Made by a program: the position numbers and the translations under genes. The notes under the pieces are model-generated. The model had not been told where the DNA came from and ran no database searches. It saw only the letters and a program-made list of their open reading frames with translations. Positions 31,741-41,809 of a stretch of 64,000 bases of DNA are shown here, piece by piece. The stretch's first letter is position 1; each line of letters begins with the position of its first letter. Origin of the DNA: Candidatus Poribacteria bacterium (lineage in GTDB: Bacteria > Poribacteria > WGA-4E > PCPOR2b); the NCBI GenBank assembly GCA_965218095.1, contig OZ244587.1:5888001-5952000 (forward strand), given 5' to 3'.

Positions 31741-32646
31741 ATGCCGCTTATTACACAAAACCGAGGAGCATTGTTACTCGGAAGCAGACGAGGTCACCTA
31801 TGGCCTCTACAATTCTGGAGCAAAACCATCAAACTCACCGAACAACAAACCAATTTCTTCAACACCTTTGGCTACTTGATGTTTCCCGGACTGTTTTCGC
31901 CCAGCGAGATTGCCTGGATTACCGAAGAGTTTGAAATCTCTATCCAGACCGTCGGCGGGGGCAAAGCACACAACGGGTCAAAGCGAACCATGTTCGGCGG
32001 GCCCATTGAGCATCGACCCAGACTTTGCACGCTGCTGGACGACGCGCGGATTTTAGGCGTTGCCGGCGGAGTCATGAGCGAAGACTTCAACTACGCCAGC
32101 GGGGATGGCAATTATCACGCCGGTGATACCGGCTGGCATCCGGATGGCAGTTGGGGACAGCTTTTTTCCTGCAAGATCGCGTTCTATCTCGATCCACTCA
32201 CACGCGATACGGGCTGTTTGCGAGTCATCCCCGGCAGCCAGCGGCCCGATCATTTCGTGCGAGCACAGCAGATTGATCCGAACAGGTCTCAGGAGTTTTT
32301 CAGCGTCGCACCGCGTGATTTCCCCGGCAGCATCGCGCTGGAATCGAATCCCGGAGATCTGGTCATATTTAATCACGACATCTATCACGCTTCCTTCAGG
32401 GGCGGCGCACGCCGGCGGATGTTCACGATGAACCTGACCCGCAACTGCAAAACCGAGCCAGACCTCAAGACGTTGCATCAGTATCTGAGGCTTCACTCTC
32501 CCGGCGGGTACAAAGTTGACACCGGCGGAGGTATGTACTTTCCAACCATACTCGATACCGCCGACGAAACACGAATGATTCACCTCCAGCAGTGCGCCGA
32601 CATTCATGATGAATTATTTCCGCAGTACACCCGGCAACGAAGCTGA
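31741..32646 (+). CDS. Phytanoyl-CoA dioxygenase-like Fe/2OG oxygenase
   Basis: WHPD, GCLRVIPGSQ, PGDLVIFNHDIYH; the likely true start site at 31828 reads ATC after a GGAG RBS. Confidence 0.85.
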   Translation: MPLITQNRGALLLGSRRGHLWPLQFWSKTIKLTEQQTNFFNTFGYLMFPGLFSPSEIAWITEEFEISIQTVGGGKAHNGSKRTMFGGPIEHRPRLCTLLDDARILGVAGGVMSEDFNYASGDGNYHAGDTGWHPDGSWGQLFSCKIAFYLDPLTRDTGCLRVIPGSQRPDHFVRAQQIDPNRSQEFFSVAPRDFPGSIALESNPGDLVIFNHDIYHASFRGGARRRMFTMNLTRNCKTEPDLKTLHQYLRLHSPGGYKVDTGGGMYFPTILDTADETRMIHLQQCADIHDELFPQYTRQRS

Positions 32647-32661
32647 AAGACGGAGTACGTT

Positions 32662-33137
32662 ATGACTGAACTTGATAAATACCTTTTTGATCTTCGGGGA
32701 TATATGATTCTGGAAGATGTTTTGAGTCCAGAAGAAGTTGCCGAACTCAATCGTCTTGTTGACGGGCAGAACTTGCCCGAACCTCCGCTGGAGAGTGGAA
32801 AGGAGAATACGGCGGCTTCTGCTGCATCCCTGGTAGTCATAAAGCTAACTATCTGTGTCCGCCGGAAATTCGAGAGGCGCACGTCAACGCGGATTGTGTT
32901 ATCGTGCCAGAAGTAAGAGCAGGCTCGGTGGTGCTCTTTACCGAAGCCCTGACGCACGGATCTGCGCCGTGGGCTGCCAAGCATCAGTGACTTTCGTTGC
33001 TTTACAAGTACAGCCCGGCGCAACAGTCATGGTCGAAACACCACATCAAACCGCCAGAAGGCGTCGAGTTGACCCTACGCCAGCAACTCCTGTTTGAGCC
33101 ACCTTACTTTAGCGGCAGAACTTCTCTGTTTGAGTGA
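32662..33137 (+). pseudogene. Second PhyH-like dioxygenase, internally deleted
   Basis: KYLFDLRGY N-terminus joined out of frame to GFCCIPGSHK...FTEALTHG...LLYKYSP with an internal stop. Confidence 0.75.
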
Positions 33138-33250
33138 GAAGGGGGCAGGGGAAGGATTATTAAGTATCAGACGTGAAGCATGATGGGCAAGGGGTTGCCT
33201 TATCCCTCATGGCAGGCACTAGCATGGTTTTGCTACAATAGCAACGGGAT

Positions 33251-34663
33251 TTAAGTCGATTCACAGTCATAAACGACTTCTGTATCGTCATATAGCGGAC
33301 ATTTGCCTTTGGAAAGAATGAGCACAGAATCGCGCGGGACAGAATCAACCATATTGGGATGACGCTTCTGGTTAAATAATTGGCTTGTGCGACGGTTAAG
33401 GTTAATACCATCATCATCGAAGATTGTAATAACATTGAAGCCAACTTCTAATGCTAGCCTTGCCAACCTATAAGTTATGCGATAGATGGGTAGCCCTTTG
33501 ACTTTGCGTGTGACATTCGCCGCGATGATGATGCAGGCACGATTGTGCTTGAGGACACGGTACAATTCGCTCAAAGTCTGTTTCATAGCGAGTTCGTAAT
33601 CTGCTATCGTTGATGTCTTCAACATCTTCTTGGTTTCGGTTTGCCTGTCGCTGCCCAATAACCAAACGCGAATCCAGTTGTCATAAGCATAATCACGGAC
33701 ACCCAAGTAGGGCGGTGAAGTCACAATAAGGTCAACGCTTGCATCCTTGAGGTTGGGCTTGCTTGTTGTGATGTTGCACCTGTAGATGTTGCCCTTCCTT
33801 TGTGGCAAATGCTCCGCGTAAATTCTTTGTGCCTTCCGCTCCAGACAGGTAAAGACATCACGAGGCTCATACTTGAGGCCGTATTTTGCCACATACTCAC
33901 GCACGTAACGCACGCTCGCCGACCAAGTGTCCTTCGTCCGCACTGAAAGAAACATCGGACCATCGCCATGCAAGATGCCGCAGAGCATCGCTTTCACAAA
34001 CAACGCTACATCATGCTGCCTATCACGTTCGACATCGTTGAGTGCAGAGCGCATGGCTGAAATTTGGCGTAATGTCTCAGAATGGTAATACACTTCTTGT
34101 AGGTTTGGCAACATCGGGTCGTCATCTAATTGTCCCCGCTTTAGCCGTACGTCCACCTCCGACTTCAAAAATGCGATAAAATCATCGTATTCCTTTCGGT
34201 TCAGCGGACGCACCTTCGCGTGTGAGAGAGTATAGGCATAGATGAAAATGTCATTGCCAATTGCTTCCCGACCGAGTAAGCAGGCTTCCAGTGGCACAGT
34301 TCCCGATCCGCAAAACGGGTCATACACGACCTCACCTTCTTGGCTAAACTTGCAGATGAAGTAGTGGGCAATGGCAGGCGGAAATCGCCCCAAGTAGGAA
34401 GATAGTTGATGCAGAGGATGATACCAGTATCGCCGATGAACGTGCTTCCAACCGTCAACGATGTCTTCTGATTTGAAGGCGGCAACGGAGGCGTCCGCAA
34501 CAAACTTATCAGCCGCAATTGGCTGCAAAAAGCATCTGCTGTGGCCATCAACGGACGTGGGCAACAGTTGCGAAAGTTTTCGACGTTGCGATGGTTGGCT
34601 TCCGCTGTTGTTACGACTAGAAGTCTTCGTCGTCATTATCTGGTTCTTCAACCTCCTCCGCAT
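33251..34663 (-). CDS. DNA amino-methyltransferase (N4-C/N6-A; motif I before motif IV)
   Basis: VYDPFCGSGT (motif I), VDLIVTSPPY (motif IV), LSELYRVLK. Confidence 0.9.
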   Translation of the reverse strand: MRRRLKNQIMTTKTSSRNNSGSQPSQRRKLSQLLPTSVDGHSRCFLQPIAADKFVADASVAAFKSEDIVDGWKHVHRRYWYHPLHQLSSYLGRFPPAIAHYFICKFSQEGEVVYDPFCGSGTVPLEACLLGREAIGNDIFIYAYTLSHAKVRPLNRKEYDDFIAFLKSEVDVRLKRGQLDDDPMLPNLQEVYYHSETLRQISAMRSALNDVERDRQHDVALFVKAMLCGILHGDGPMFLSVRTKDTWSASVRYVREYVAKYGLKYEPRDVFTCLERKAQRIYAEHLPQRKGNIYRCNITTSKPNLKDASVDLIVTSPPYLGVRDYAYDNWIRVWLLGSDRQTETKKMLKTSTIADYELAMKQTLSELYRVLKHNRACIIIAANVTRKVKGLPIYRITYRLARLALEVGFNVITIFDDDGINLNRRTSQLFNQKRHPNMVDSVPRDSVLILSKGKCPLYDDTEVVYDCEST

Positions 34664-35092
34664 GATTTACAATGTATTCCGCCCGATCGTGGAGTGTCAT
34701 TAGATACTGGATGGATGGTGTTTTCCCAAAGAGAGTTTTTGTATGCACCGGTTTCATGGTCGTGTTGATGTCATTGATATGTTCTCGGAACAGATCAATG
34801 ATTTCCGTCGGGGCATTTTCATTTCTATTCCCGGCATTGGCAACAATGGGGCGTAGAACACGATCGAGGCAAGCCAGAGTTTTGGAATGTGTAACCTCCT
34901 CAACGCCGAGGTCAAAGTAAAGGTTATACTGTCTTTCTTGGTTTGAAGATGGTGTTGCGTACCGGATGTAAAGGCTAGGATCATCAAGAACCCCCTTAAT
35001 TTTACGCGCTTATAAGGTTTAGGCTTGCAAGTTTTGTGTAAATTTGATACAATATAGGCATCAAACCCTTATGAATAAAGGAGTTGAGATGA

Positions 35093-35974
35093 ATGAACTT
35101 GTTTGATGCTGTAGAACGATTTTCTGACCAAGAGAGTTGTATTAAACACTTAGAAACTATCCGCTGGGGTGGCAAACCTGAGTGTCCATATTGCGAAAGT
35201 AAAAAGGTTGCACCGAAGAATGAAGCTAGCATAATTGGTCGTTGGAATTGCCATACTTGTAAGTCAAGTTTCAATGTGTTACAGGGAACGATATTTCAAG
35301 GAACACAGATTCCACTTCAGAAGTGGTTTATGGCTATCCTGTTAATGAACGATGCGAAGAAAAGCCTATCAAGTTGTCAAATGGCTCGTCATTTGGACTT
35401 AACGCAACCCTCAGCTTGGTTCATGATGAAACGAATCAGGTCTGAGATGGGTAGAAAGGGCAAGGTTTTACTGAGAGGAATTATTGAATGCGATGAAACC
35501 TACGTGGGCGGTAAGCCCCGACGACGAAAAGACAAGGACGGGAACTTGCCTCCACCGAGCAAGCGAGGTAGAGGCACGAAGAAAACGCCCGTTATCGGTG
35601 CTGTTGAACGGGCTGGGAATGTTGTGGCGCGTGTGGCTACGAGTTTGAGTCGTAAGGGCGTTTTGGGGTTCATCAAAGGCGTTATTGAGAAGCCGAAGGA
35701 TTCAGTTCTAATGACAGATGAGTTCTCATCGTATGAGGCGGTTGATGGGCTCATGCCTCACCATGTCATCAGACACAAGAACTGGCAGTACGTGGACGGT
35801 AATACCCACACAAACACGATTGAAGGGTTCTGGTCGCTGGTGAAACGTGCGTTTCATGGTACACATCACCACTACAAGCATGTTTCGCTCTACATCGCTG
35901 AGGCGTGTTACAAGTACAACAACCGGAAGAACCGGAACATCTTCAAGAAGTTTATCAGGGAATGCTTTGTGTAG
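35093..35974 (+). CDS. IS1595/ISXO2-like transposase
   Basis: CPYC...CHTC zinc ribbon, ECDETYVGG, KRGRGT, LMTDE, HTNTIEGFW, YNNR. Confidence 0.95.
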   Translation: MNLFDAVERFSDQESCIKHLETIRWGGKPECPYCESKKVAPKNEASIIGRWNCHTCKSSFNVLQGTIFQGTQIPLQKWFMAILLMNDAKKSLSSCQMARHLDLTQPSAWFMMKRIRSEMGRKGKVLLRGIIECDETYVGGKPRRRKDKDGNLPPPSKRGRGTKKTPVIGAVERAGNVVARVATSLSRKGVLGFIKGVIEKPKDSVLMTDEFSSYEAVDGLMPHHVIRHKNWQYVDGNTHTNTIEGFWSLVKRAFHGTHHHYKHVSLYIAEACYKYNNRKNRNIFKKFIRECFV

Positions 35975-36012
35975 GGTGGGAAAACCTCTGGAGACTCCAT
36001 AGAAGGATTAGA

Positions 36013-36207
36013 TTACACTATTTCCAACCTTTTGAAAATGGTTGTAATTAGTGTGTAGTCATTTTTAAGTAACTGAATTGCAACTCTTAAATCTTCTACG
36101 GTTGCAGTAGAGGTAAATAACCTCTCTTCAATTCGGTGGGTTTTATCAGCATGTTTTTGTAGATGTTCTTTAACACGTTGAATATCCACCTTCCTTTGTG
36201 ATGACAT
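36013..36207 (-). CDS. Passenger: 64-aa hypothetical protein
   Basis: AAAGGAGG RBS; helical protein; flanked by 14-bp inverted repeats. Confidence 0.6.
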   Translation of the reverse strand: MSSQRKVDIQRVKEHLQKHADKTHRIEERLFTSTATVEDLRVAIQLLKNDYTLITTIFKRLEIV

Positions 36208-36396
36208 AACATCTGCCTCCTTTCTGAGTCATATTTTCAGAGGTTTTCCCATAAGGGAGTGTCCGGTGGGAGCCGGACACTCTAGCAACAAAATATCAGG
36301 GAGTGCTTTGTGTAGCACCCCCTGATATTGCCTAAGAGTTATTGCTTAGGCGTAGCCGTATAAGGACTGCTATACGGCGTTTGATTACCCTTACGT

Positions 36397-36576
36397 TTAG
36401 CGATTTTGAGTACGATAAACGTAAAGGTTTTGCGTATTTTTATAAACACGATAATCCCTCCTTTCATTGGAATAAGTCGTGATGCAGAGGGTGTTATCAG
36501 CAGTTGTCCGTATATGTGGACTTACAAGCGTGCCGTCTTTACGCCTGTAAGACTTGATGTATTTGATGCGTGGCAT
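36397..36576 (-). CDS. Passenger: 59-aa basic protein with YxRKDGTxVxxHxRT motif
   Basis: Manual translation MPRIKYIKSYRRKDGTLVSPHIRTTADN...; AAAGGAG RBS; not in the ORF track. Confidence 0.6.
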   Translation of the reverse strand: MPRIKYIKSYRRKDGTLVSPHIRTTADNTLCITTYSNERRDYRVYKNTQNLYVYRTQNR

Positions 36577-36641
36577 GGGGGGTCTCCTTTGCCATGTTGT
36601 GGCGGTGGGGGTGCTATAACACCCCCTCGCCTGTTTTATGT

Positions 36642-37082
36642 CTATCTCATGTGCAATCTTCTAGCAACATTTCGGAGGGTTGTTTCGGTTTGCCCAAATC
36701 GTTCCTCCATTTGGGCATAACGCCCCTCTATACTATCTATTGACTTGATGACTGCTACATGAGTTGCAAGGGTAGTTGTCATGTACCTGTCCATTCTCGT
36801 TACTGACTGTTGAAAAGAATCAAGTTTCTTGTCAATATCTTCAACAGGTACGGTTTTCTTCGCAGTTGCATCTCTAGTTTTCAGATTCTCTGCGATGTTG
36901 GTAAGCTCTACCCTTCTTAAATTGACGACTTCTTCTTTCAGTTGTTTTGCTTCATCTCTGAAGTCTATGAAGGACTTTCTGATACTATACAAATCGTCAC
37001 TACTGGGAATGTGTTTCCAAATGAACTTTCCAGCAGCAATGATAATGAGTATATCCGCTACTACACTAAGAAAATCACTCAT
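36642..37082 (-). CDS. Passenger: N-terminal TM plus coiled-coil protein
   Basis: 146-aa ORF, AAAGGA RBS, downstream of the inward promoter in the right IR. Confidence 0.7.
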   Translation of the reverse strand: MSDFLSVVADILIIIAAGKFIWKHIPSSDDLYSIRKSFIDFRDEAKQLKEEVVNLRRVELTNIAENLKTRDATAKKTVPVEDIDKKLDSFQQSVTRMDRYMTTTLATHVAVIKSIDSIEGRYAQMEERFGQTETTLRNVARRLHMR

Positions 37083-37994
37083 TGGGGTGTCCTTTACTTT
37101 GGCGAGGAAAGGTAAAACAAGCCAACGATTTAATAAACTTCAGAATCACAGGCTTGTAACACCCCAATAATATCACATATTCAAAGAATCTGCAAGCCAA
37201 TTATTTATAAATGCGTAATTTTATTGGTCTCCTGGATATGGTCAAGGAGCGTTCCTTTCCTCATTGGGTCACGCTTGAGGACGCGAAGGCCAATGCGGGT
37301 GAGTTCCCCCGATATGATATCCGGATAGCTCTTGATGTTATTCGTTGGGTCAACCTGAATCTTGAGTGCCTCTTCGCATCGTATTGCCCCATACATCAGA
37401 AGGAACAATGCTAACGAAATGTTGAACGGACTCAAACTTCGGCTGCGTTGCACACTCATGCTGACTTTCTTTACGAAGGCCTCCAATGTGCAATGACTAT
37501 GTTTCTGATGACACTCGTCGATCAGCCTGTCGAAGTCCTGAACACCCATGGTTTCCTTGTCGGTCATTGCATCAATCCTCCGATAAACAAACAGCCCCAG
37601 AGGCAGCACGAGAACCTTTGATGACTCGGTATAGCGGCTCTTGTCCAATTCCACCTCGTGAATCAGCCTCCACTTCTTCAACTGCTGTATAGCCTCCTCA
37701 ATTGTGTCTGCCATCCAATCTTCATTTATATCCCTGTCAAACAGGTCCATCGGTGTGCGGACATTTTGTATAAGCTGCTGGCATGAGTGTAGTTTGTCAA
37801 AGGGGGGCTTCAACTTGTTGACACGCCACATTTCAAAAAGGGCTTCGGCAGGCTCATCAAGATCAAGCGCCTTTCCTATCTGGTGCATCATATCTTCTTC
37901 GATTACAAGCCGCAAGATACGGTGAACAAGGCGCAAGTCCAGTTCTGTTGTATTTTGTCGCGAATTTCGCATTATCCTCACTCCTGAAAATAAA

Positions 37995-40343
37995 TCAGTT
38001 CATTGCCTGTGCAGTAAGTTCTGGAATCTCTTCAACCTTGACGAATACAGCAGCTAAGATATTATCCATTTGCTTTAACTCATCATACAGTGGTTCACCA
38101 ATCTGTTCGACGTCACCCCACTCGTCCACAAGTAGAACAACTCCGAAAGCCTTGGACGAAGGTCGCGACACAAGGCTGCGAACGGTCATAACAGATTCTG
38201 TTCCACCGCTGAGATTTGCTCTGTTGAGATCTCTGTCTAATCCGCCTACCCTGAATCTAGGCGTATCACGTCCAATCTGCTCATAGATAACCGCTTCAAG
38301 TGGTAAAGGGTTGCACGTCTCCCCAGAGTTATCATAGTAGTATTGGCAGCGCTTGGTGATTAGGCTATCGATGGTCTCCTTGAGTAATTGCGCCAACCCA
38401 ACCTCGTCAAGATATCTCAACGCCTTCTGAACGTCTTCCGATTGGCGATTCTCGTCTGTCCTTGCATTGGCAACTTCTATTACATAAGAGACATTTTCAA
38501 TGAATTGTCTAATGTGGTCGGCTCGTTCGGCGGCTTTCTCTATCTGAGTTGATTGTGCTTTCATCAATAATTGCTCCTCAAGCTGGTACTTCTGCTGCTC
38601 CAACTCACGCTGCTGTCTCCGTAGGCGACGCAAAACACCCTCAACTTCACGCTCTCGTTCTTGCAAATAAGAGATAGCATTCGCTGACCAAACCCTGTTA
38701 AGGTGCTCGTCTGAAGGTCCTTCCAGGGTTTTAACTGTGTCCTCAAGATTCTCCCTTGTCTCTTGTACCTCCTTGGTCAAGGACTTCCTCATTTGCTCGA
38801 TTTGAGTTCTGAGCGCATTGGTGTCTTGTTCCCCTGCTACCATGGGTTGAGTTTGCTGTTCCTCCTTCAACTCGCCCTCTGCCTGCTGCAACTCTTTAGC
38901 ATAATCTGAAACCTCATTTTCGAGGGTTTGGTAGTCAAGGGGTGTCATCCCCAAATTGATGTCCGTTTTCTGCAAACGCTGCATGAACTTTTCGATGGCT
39001 TCGTTTATAGGAACGAGATTTTCTGCTTTCTCCAAGTGCTCCTGAAGACGAGACAGCAAGGAGGCAGCGTCACGAATGTCATCTCCTAACGGCAAGAGAA
39101 CGATTTCAGGAGAAGCATTATCCTCAACAGCACGAATGAGAGAACGATAGACTTCAAGACTCTCGGTTCCAAGTCCTTTGTGAAAGGCGTTACAGACACC
39201 CTGTACATCTGAATTCTTTATATATGTAAGGAAATCCTCTTCGGGCGATGTACTAATGCGTCGCTGATCGAGTAGCCTATCAATCTCAATTTGCAGTCCC
39301 CCGAAAGCATCACCAACAGCTTTCTTTTTCGCGTCTAGATCCTGATATCTTCTTTTCAGTTGTTTGACTTCCCCTTCTTTCTCCTGTAGACGCTTTTGGT
39401 GATCAGCCTTCTGGTGCTTTGCATCCTCAGCCGCATGTAAATCACGCTCAAGGCGGTACAGCCTCTCAATGGCCTGACGGCTATCTCCACCCAGTTGCTT
39501 CAGATAGCCAACAATGTCATGAATCGCGGCGCGTTGACCTACATAGTGCTTTCTTTCATCCTCTTTCTGTTGGAGTGTAGTCTGGACATCTCCTATTTGG
39601 CTTTCAATGGCTTGCCTGTCCATTTGCCCCGCTGTCTGTCGCTGCCGCGGACGCGCGCTTTGAAGTATCAGCCGTGTAAGAGCTGGCTGGCTGTCCCCAG
39701 TTAATTTTTCACCGAGCACTTTTATGTCATTCAGGATATCCAACTCCACTCGCTCAATGAAGTTCCTTCCCTTCGACACTAATTGAACGTCTACCAGACT
39801 ATTCATGTAATGCTCGAAGGGTTCCCAGCCCCTGTGCAGATTAAACGAGCGCTCATCAGAGCTGTTAGCAACACCATAAGCGACGGAAGCCTTACCGTCT
39901 TTCACATCAATCACCAAAAGATGATTGCCTTTGACAATCTCCATGTCCGCTGCACGGGTCTGACTAAGAGACTTACGTAGCGCCTGTCCTTTCTTCACAA
40001 ACTCCTCATCGCCCAAGAATCGCACGTTGTCATGCTCATCCCAAGAATAGCCAAGCAGCGTTGCCATGCACAAGAGCACAGTTGTTTTGTTCCTCTGGCT
40101 CTCGGCGGATAGCAACATCGCGTTTCCGTCCATCGTGCAATCAAACGAGGCCTTGTATTCGTCTTGAAGATGGAACTTGATTTTGGTGGGCTTCTTCTCT
40201 AAAACGGTAGGTTGCCCAGGGGAGATGTTGAAGATGGAGTTGGCATCCGCGTTATCTACGCCAACTTTCCGCGCAATTTCCCTGTAGAAGTCAATTATGC
40301 TTTAATCAAAGACAGGATTGGTATCCGTCGCCATTTCGGGCAT
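37995..40343 (-). pseudogene. SMC/Rad50-like ABC ATPase with long coiled coil; nonsense codon at codon 14
   Basis: GGAGGT RBS + ATG 40343, in-frame TAA 40302-40304, then open to 37995; Walker-A-like AESQRNKTT, signature LSGG, Walker B LLVDE. Confidence 0.8.
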
Positions 40344-40356
40344 TGTAATTACCTCC

Positions 40357-41754
40357 TCATATCTGCAAAAGTTGTGCAAGCATGTTCTTCAACCGGTGGC
40401 CGACCACCTCAACGTTCGGAATTTGCATCGGGGTGGTGTCATCTACATCCATACCAAAGCGCACAATCGGGATAGTCTCGTCTTGGTACTGCGTTATAGG
40501 CGAAGTCTTGTCCTTTTTCAAGATCTTCGTGTCCAGATATTCACGCACGACTTCGCTGCTCCTCGGGTGCCGTATTGCTGCGAAGTAAAGTCGGTCTATA
40601 CCTTGTCGCTCGCTTGGTGTCCAACATTTATGCACCACGATGGGAACTAAGGCAATGTCATAAGTCACCCCCATCCACATGTATCGCCAGCAATCAAATC
40701 TCCAGAGCTGTTCACGAAATTCTGAGGTGTCCTGCTCCCTATAAAATTTGGCGATCTCTTTCGAGCGTCCATAACGTGGATTTGGGTTGACAGAAACAAA
40801 CAGCAGGCTCAGGTCATTCACGAGGGGCAGGGAAGCTTCGACCATTTGATGAATATCCTCGAATGGATCAACGTCAATTATATCAAAGCGCCATCCTGTC
40901 TGCTGAATTTCAGATATTATTTTGTATGCATTCATCGCGTTTGGTGGCATCAGAACCCTGAAGCGCTGCTCATGCTCATAGCGCGAGAGCAACTCTTCAA
41001 GGGGCCACTCTTCGTTCACGTGTTCCAACAAGTCAGCGGCATGATGTTTGTGAGCATCGAACGCCTTCGTAAATCGAACATCTTCCTTCTCGACCGAAAC
41101 GACCAGACCATAGTTTGCGAATATTCGTGTTCCATCACCATAACCCTGGGTGGGTTCAAAGATAGCAAGTGACTTCTTTCCAGGAATACGGCAGAAGGTC
41201 TCACACAAGATTCGATTGAGTTCATGCTTGGTCTCAGTAGCAGGCAAGACTGCCCCTAAACCTGATTGTTCTTTCCCGTAAGTGTACGCATAATCCTGCA
41301 AGCTTTGAAAATGCTGCTTATTCGCCCCCAATATCATTCGTATCGCCCACTGTGTGTTCTTGAGCTCCTCACCATTCCTCAGTTCCTCGTAAGCCAAGCG
41401 TCTCGCTTCCCGTTTCCTCAAACCTTGCTTCGTCCTTTTATACATTGGCACGTCTTTGTCCAGTGTGTTTGCTTGCTCACGGAATAGAGGACTCAGGGTA
41501 CTGCTGGCACAAAACTTCTCTAATTCGTCAACAGGAACTTCAAGGGTCGCGGCGATTTGTACGAGCGGCAGCCCCTCCATAATCATGCGCTCCAATTGCT
41601 TGCGCTCGCCCTCTATCTCGCGTTGCCAATCAGTTGATTCAGCAGCCATTGTGCGTAGAATCGCTCTTATACGCGGCTTATCCTCCACACTGCTGATAGT
41701 GAAGTACTTGTGCAAAATCTGAACTACATCGTTTGTTACTACTCGCAAAAGCAT
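40357..41754 (-). CDS. HTH plus SAM-dependent methyltransferase-like protein
   Basis: GLPLVQIAATLEV (HTH-like); IFEPTQGYG..VVSVEK (motif I/II-like); FDIIDVDPF (motif IV-like). Confidence 0.6.
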   Translation of the reverse strand: MLLRVVTNDVVQILHKYFTISSVEDKPRIRAILRTMAAESTDWQREIEGERKQLERMIMEGLPLVQIAATLEVPVDELEKFCASSTLSPLFREQANTLDKDVPMYKRTKQGLRKREARRLAYEELRNGEELKNTQWAIRMILGANKQHFQSLQDYAYTYGKEQSGLGAVLPATETKHELNRILCETFCRIPGKKSLAIFEPTQGYGDGTRIFANYGLVVSVEKEDVRFTKAFDAHKHHAADLLEHVNEEWPLEELLSRYEHEQRFRVLMPPNAMNAYKIISEIQQTGWRFDIIDVDPFEDIHQMVEASLPLVNDLSLLFVSVNPNPRYGRSKEIAKFYREQDTSEFREQLWRFDCWRYMWMGVTYDIALVPIVVHKCWTPSERQGIDRLYFAAIRHPRSSEVVREYLDTKILKKDKTSPITQYQDETIPIVRFGMDVDDTTPMQIPNVEVVGHRLKNMLAQLLQI

Positions 41755-41809
41755 TGTATATCAAAATATAACGTCAGCAGTGGGGGATGTCCTGTCACTT
41801 TGTACCGCC

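Larger units (their letters stand above)
35005..37215 (+). mobile_element. IS1595-family element with passenger genes (2211 bp)
   Basis: 8-bp TSD TAATTTTA at 34997-35004 and 37216-37223; imperfect terminal IRs CGC..TTATAA....GGCTTGCA. Confidence 0.92.
34617..37981 (-). pseudogene. 381-aa winged-helix-like hypothetical gene split by an IS1595-family insertion
   Basis: Joining 37981-37216 to 34996-34617 restores one open frame (...ETNKI|KGVLDDPSLY...DDEDF*), 1146 bp. Confidence 0.85.

Noticed and set aside
33251-34663. Classical type II R-M pair
   Set aside because: No adjacent ORF shows a PD-(D/E)XK, HNH or GIY-YIG motif that I can recognise; a remote nuclease fold in gene C cannot be excluded
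34754-34987. 77-aa ORF in the track
   Set aside because: Wrong frame; the region is the 3' half of the IS-split gene
34617-41754. Assignment to Wadjet, Lamassu, Dnd or SbcCD
   Set aside because: No Toprim JetD, DndC/DndE, SbcD phosphoesterase or known Lamassu effector motif is seen; gene order differs
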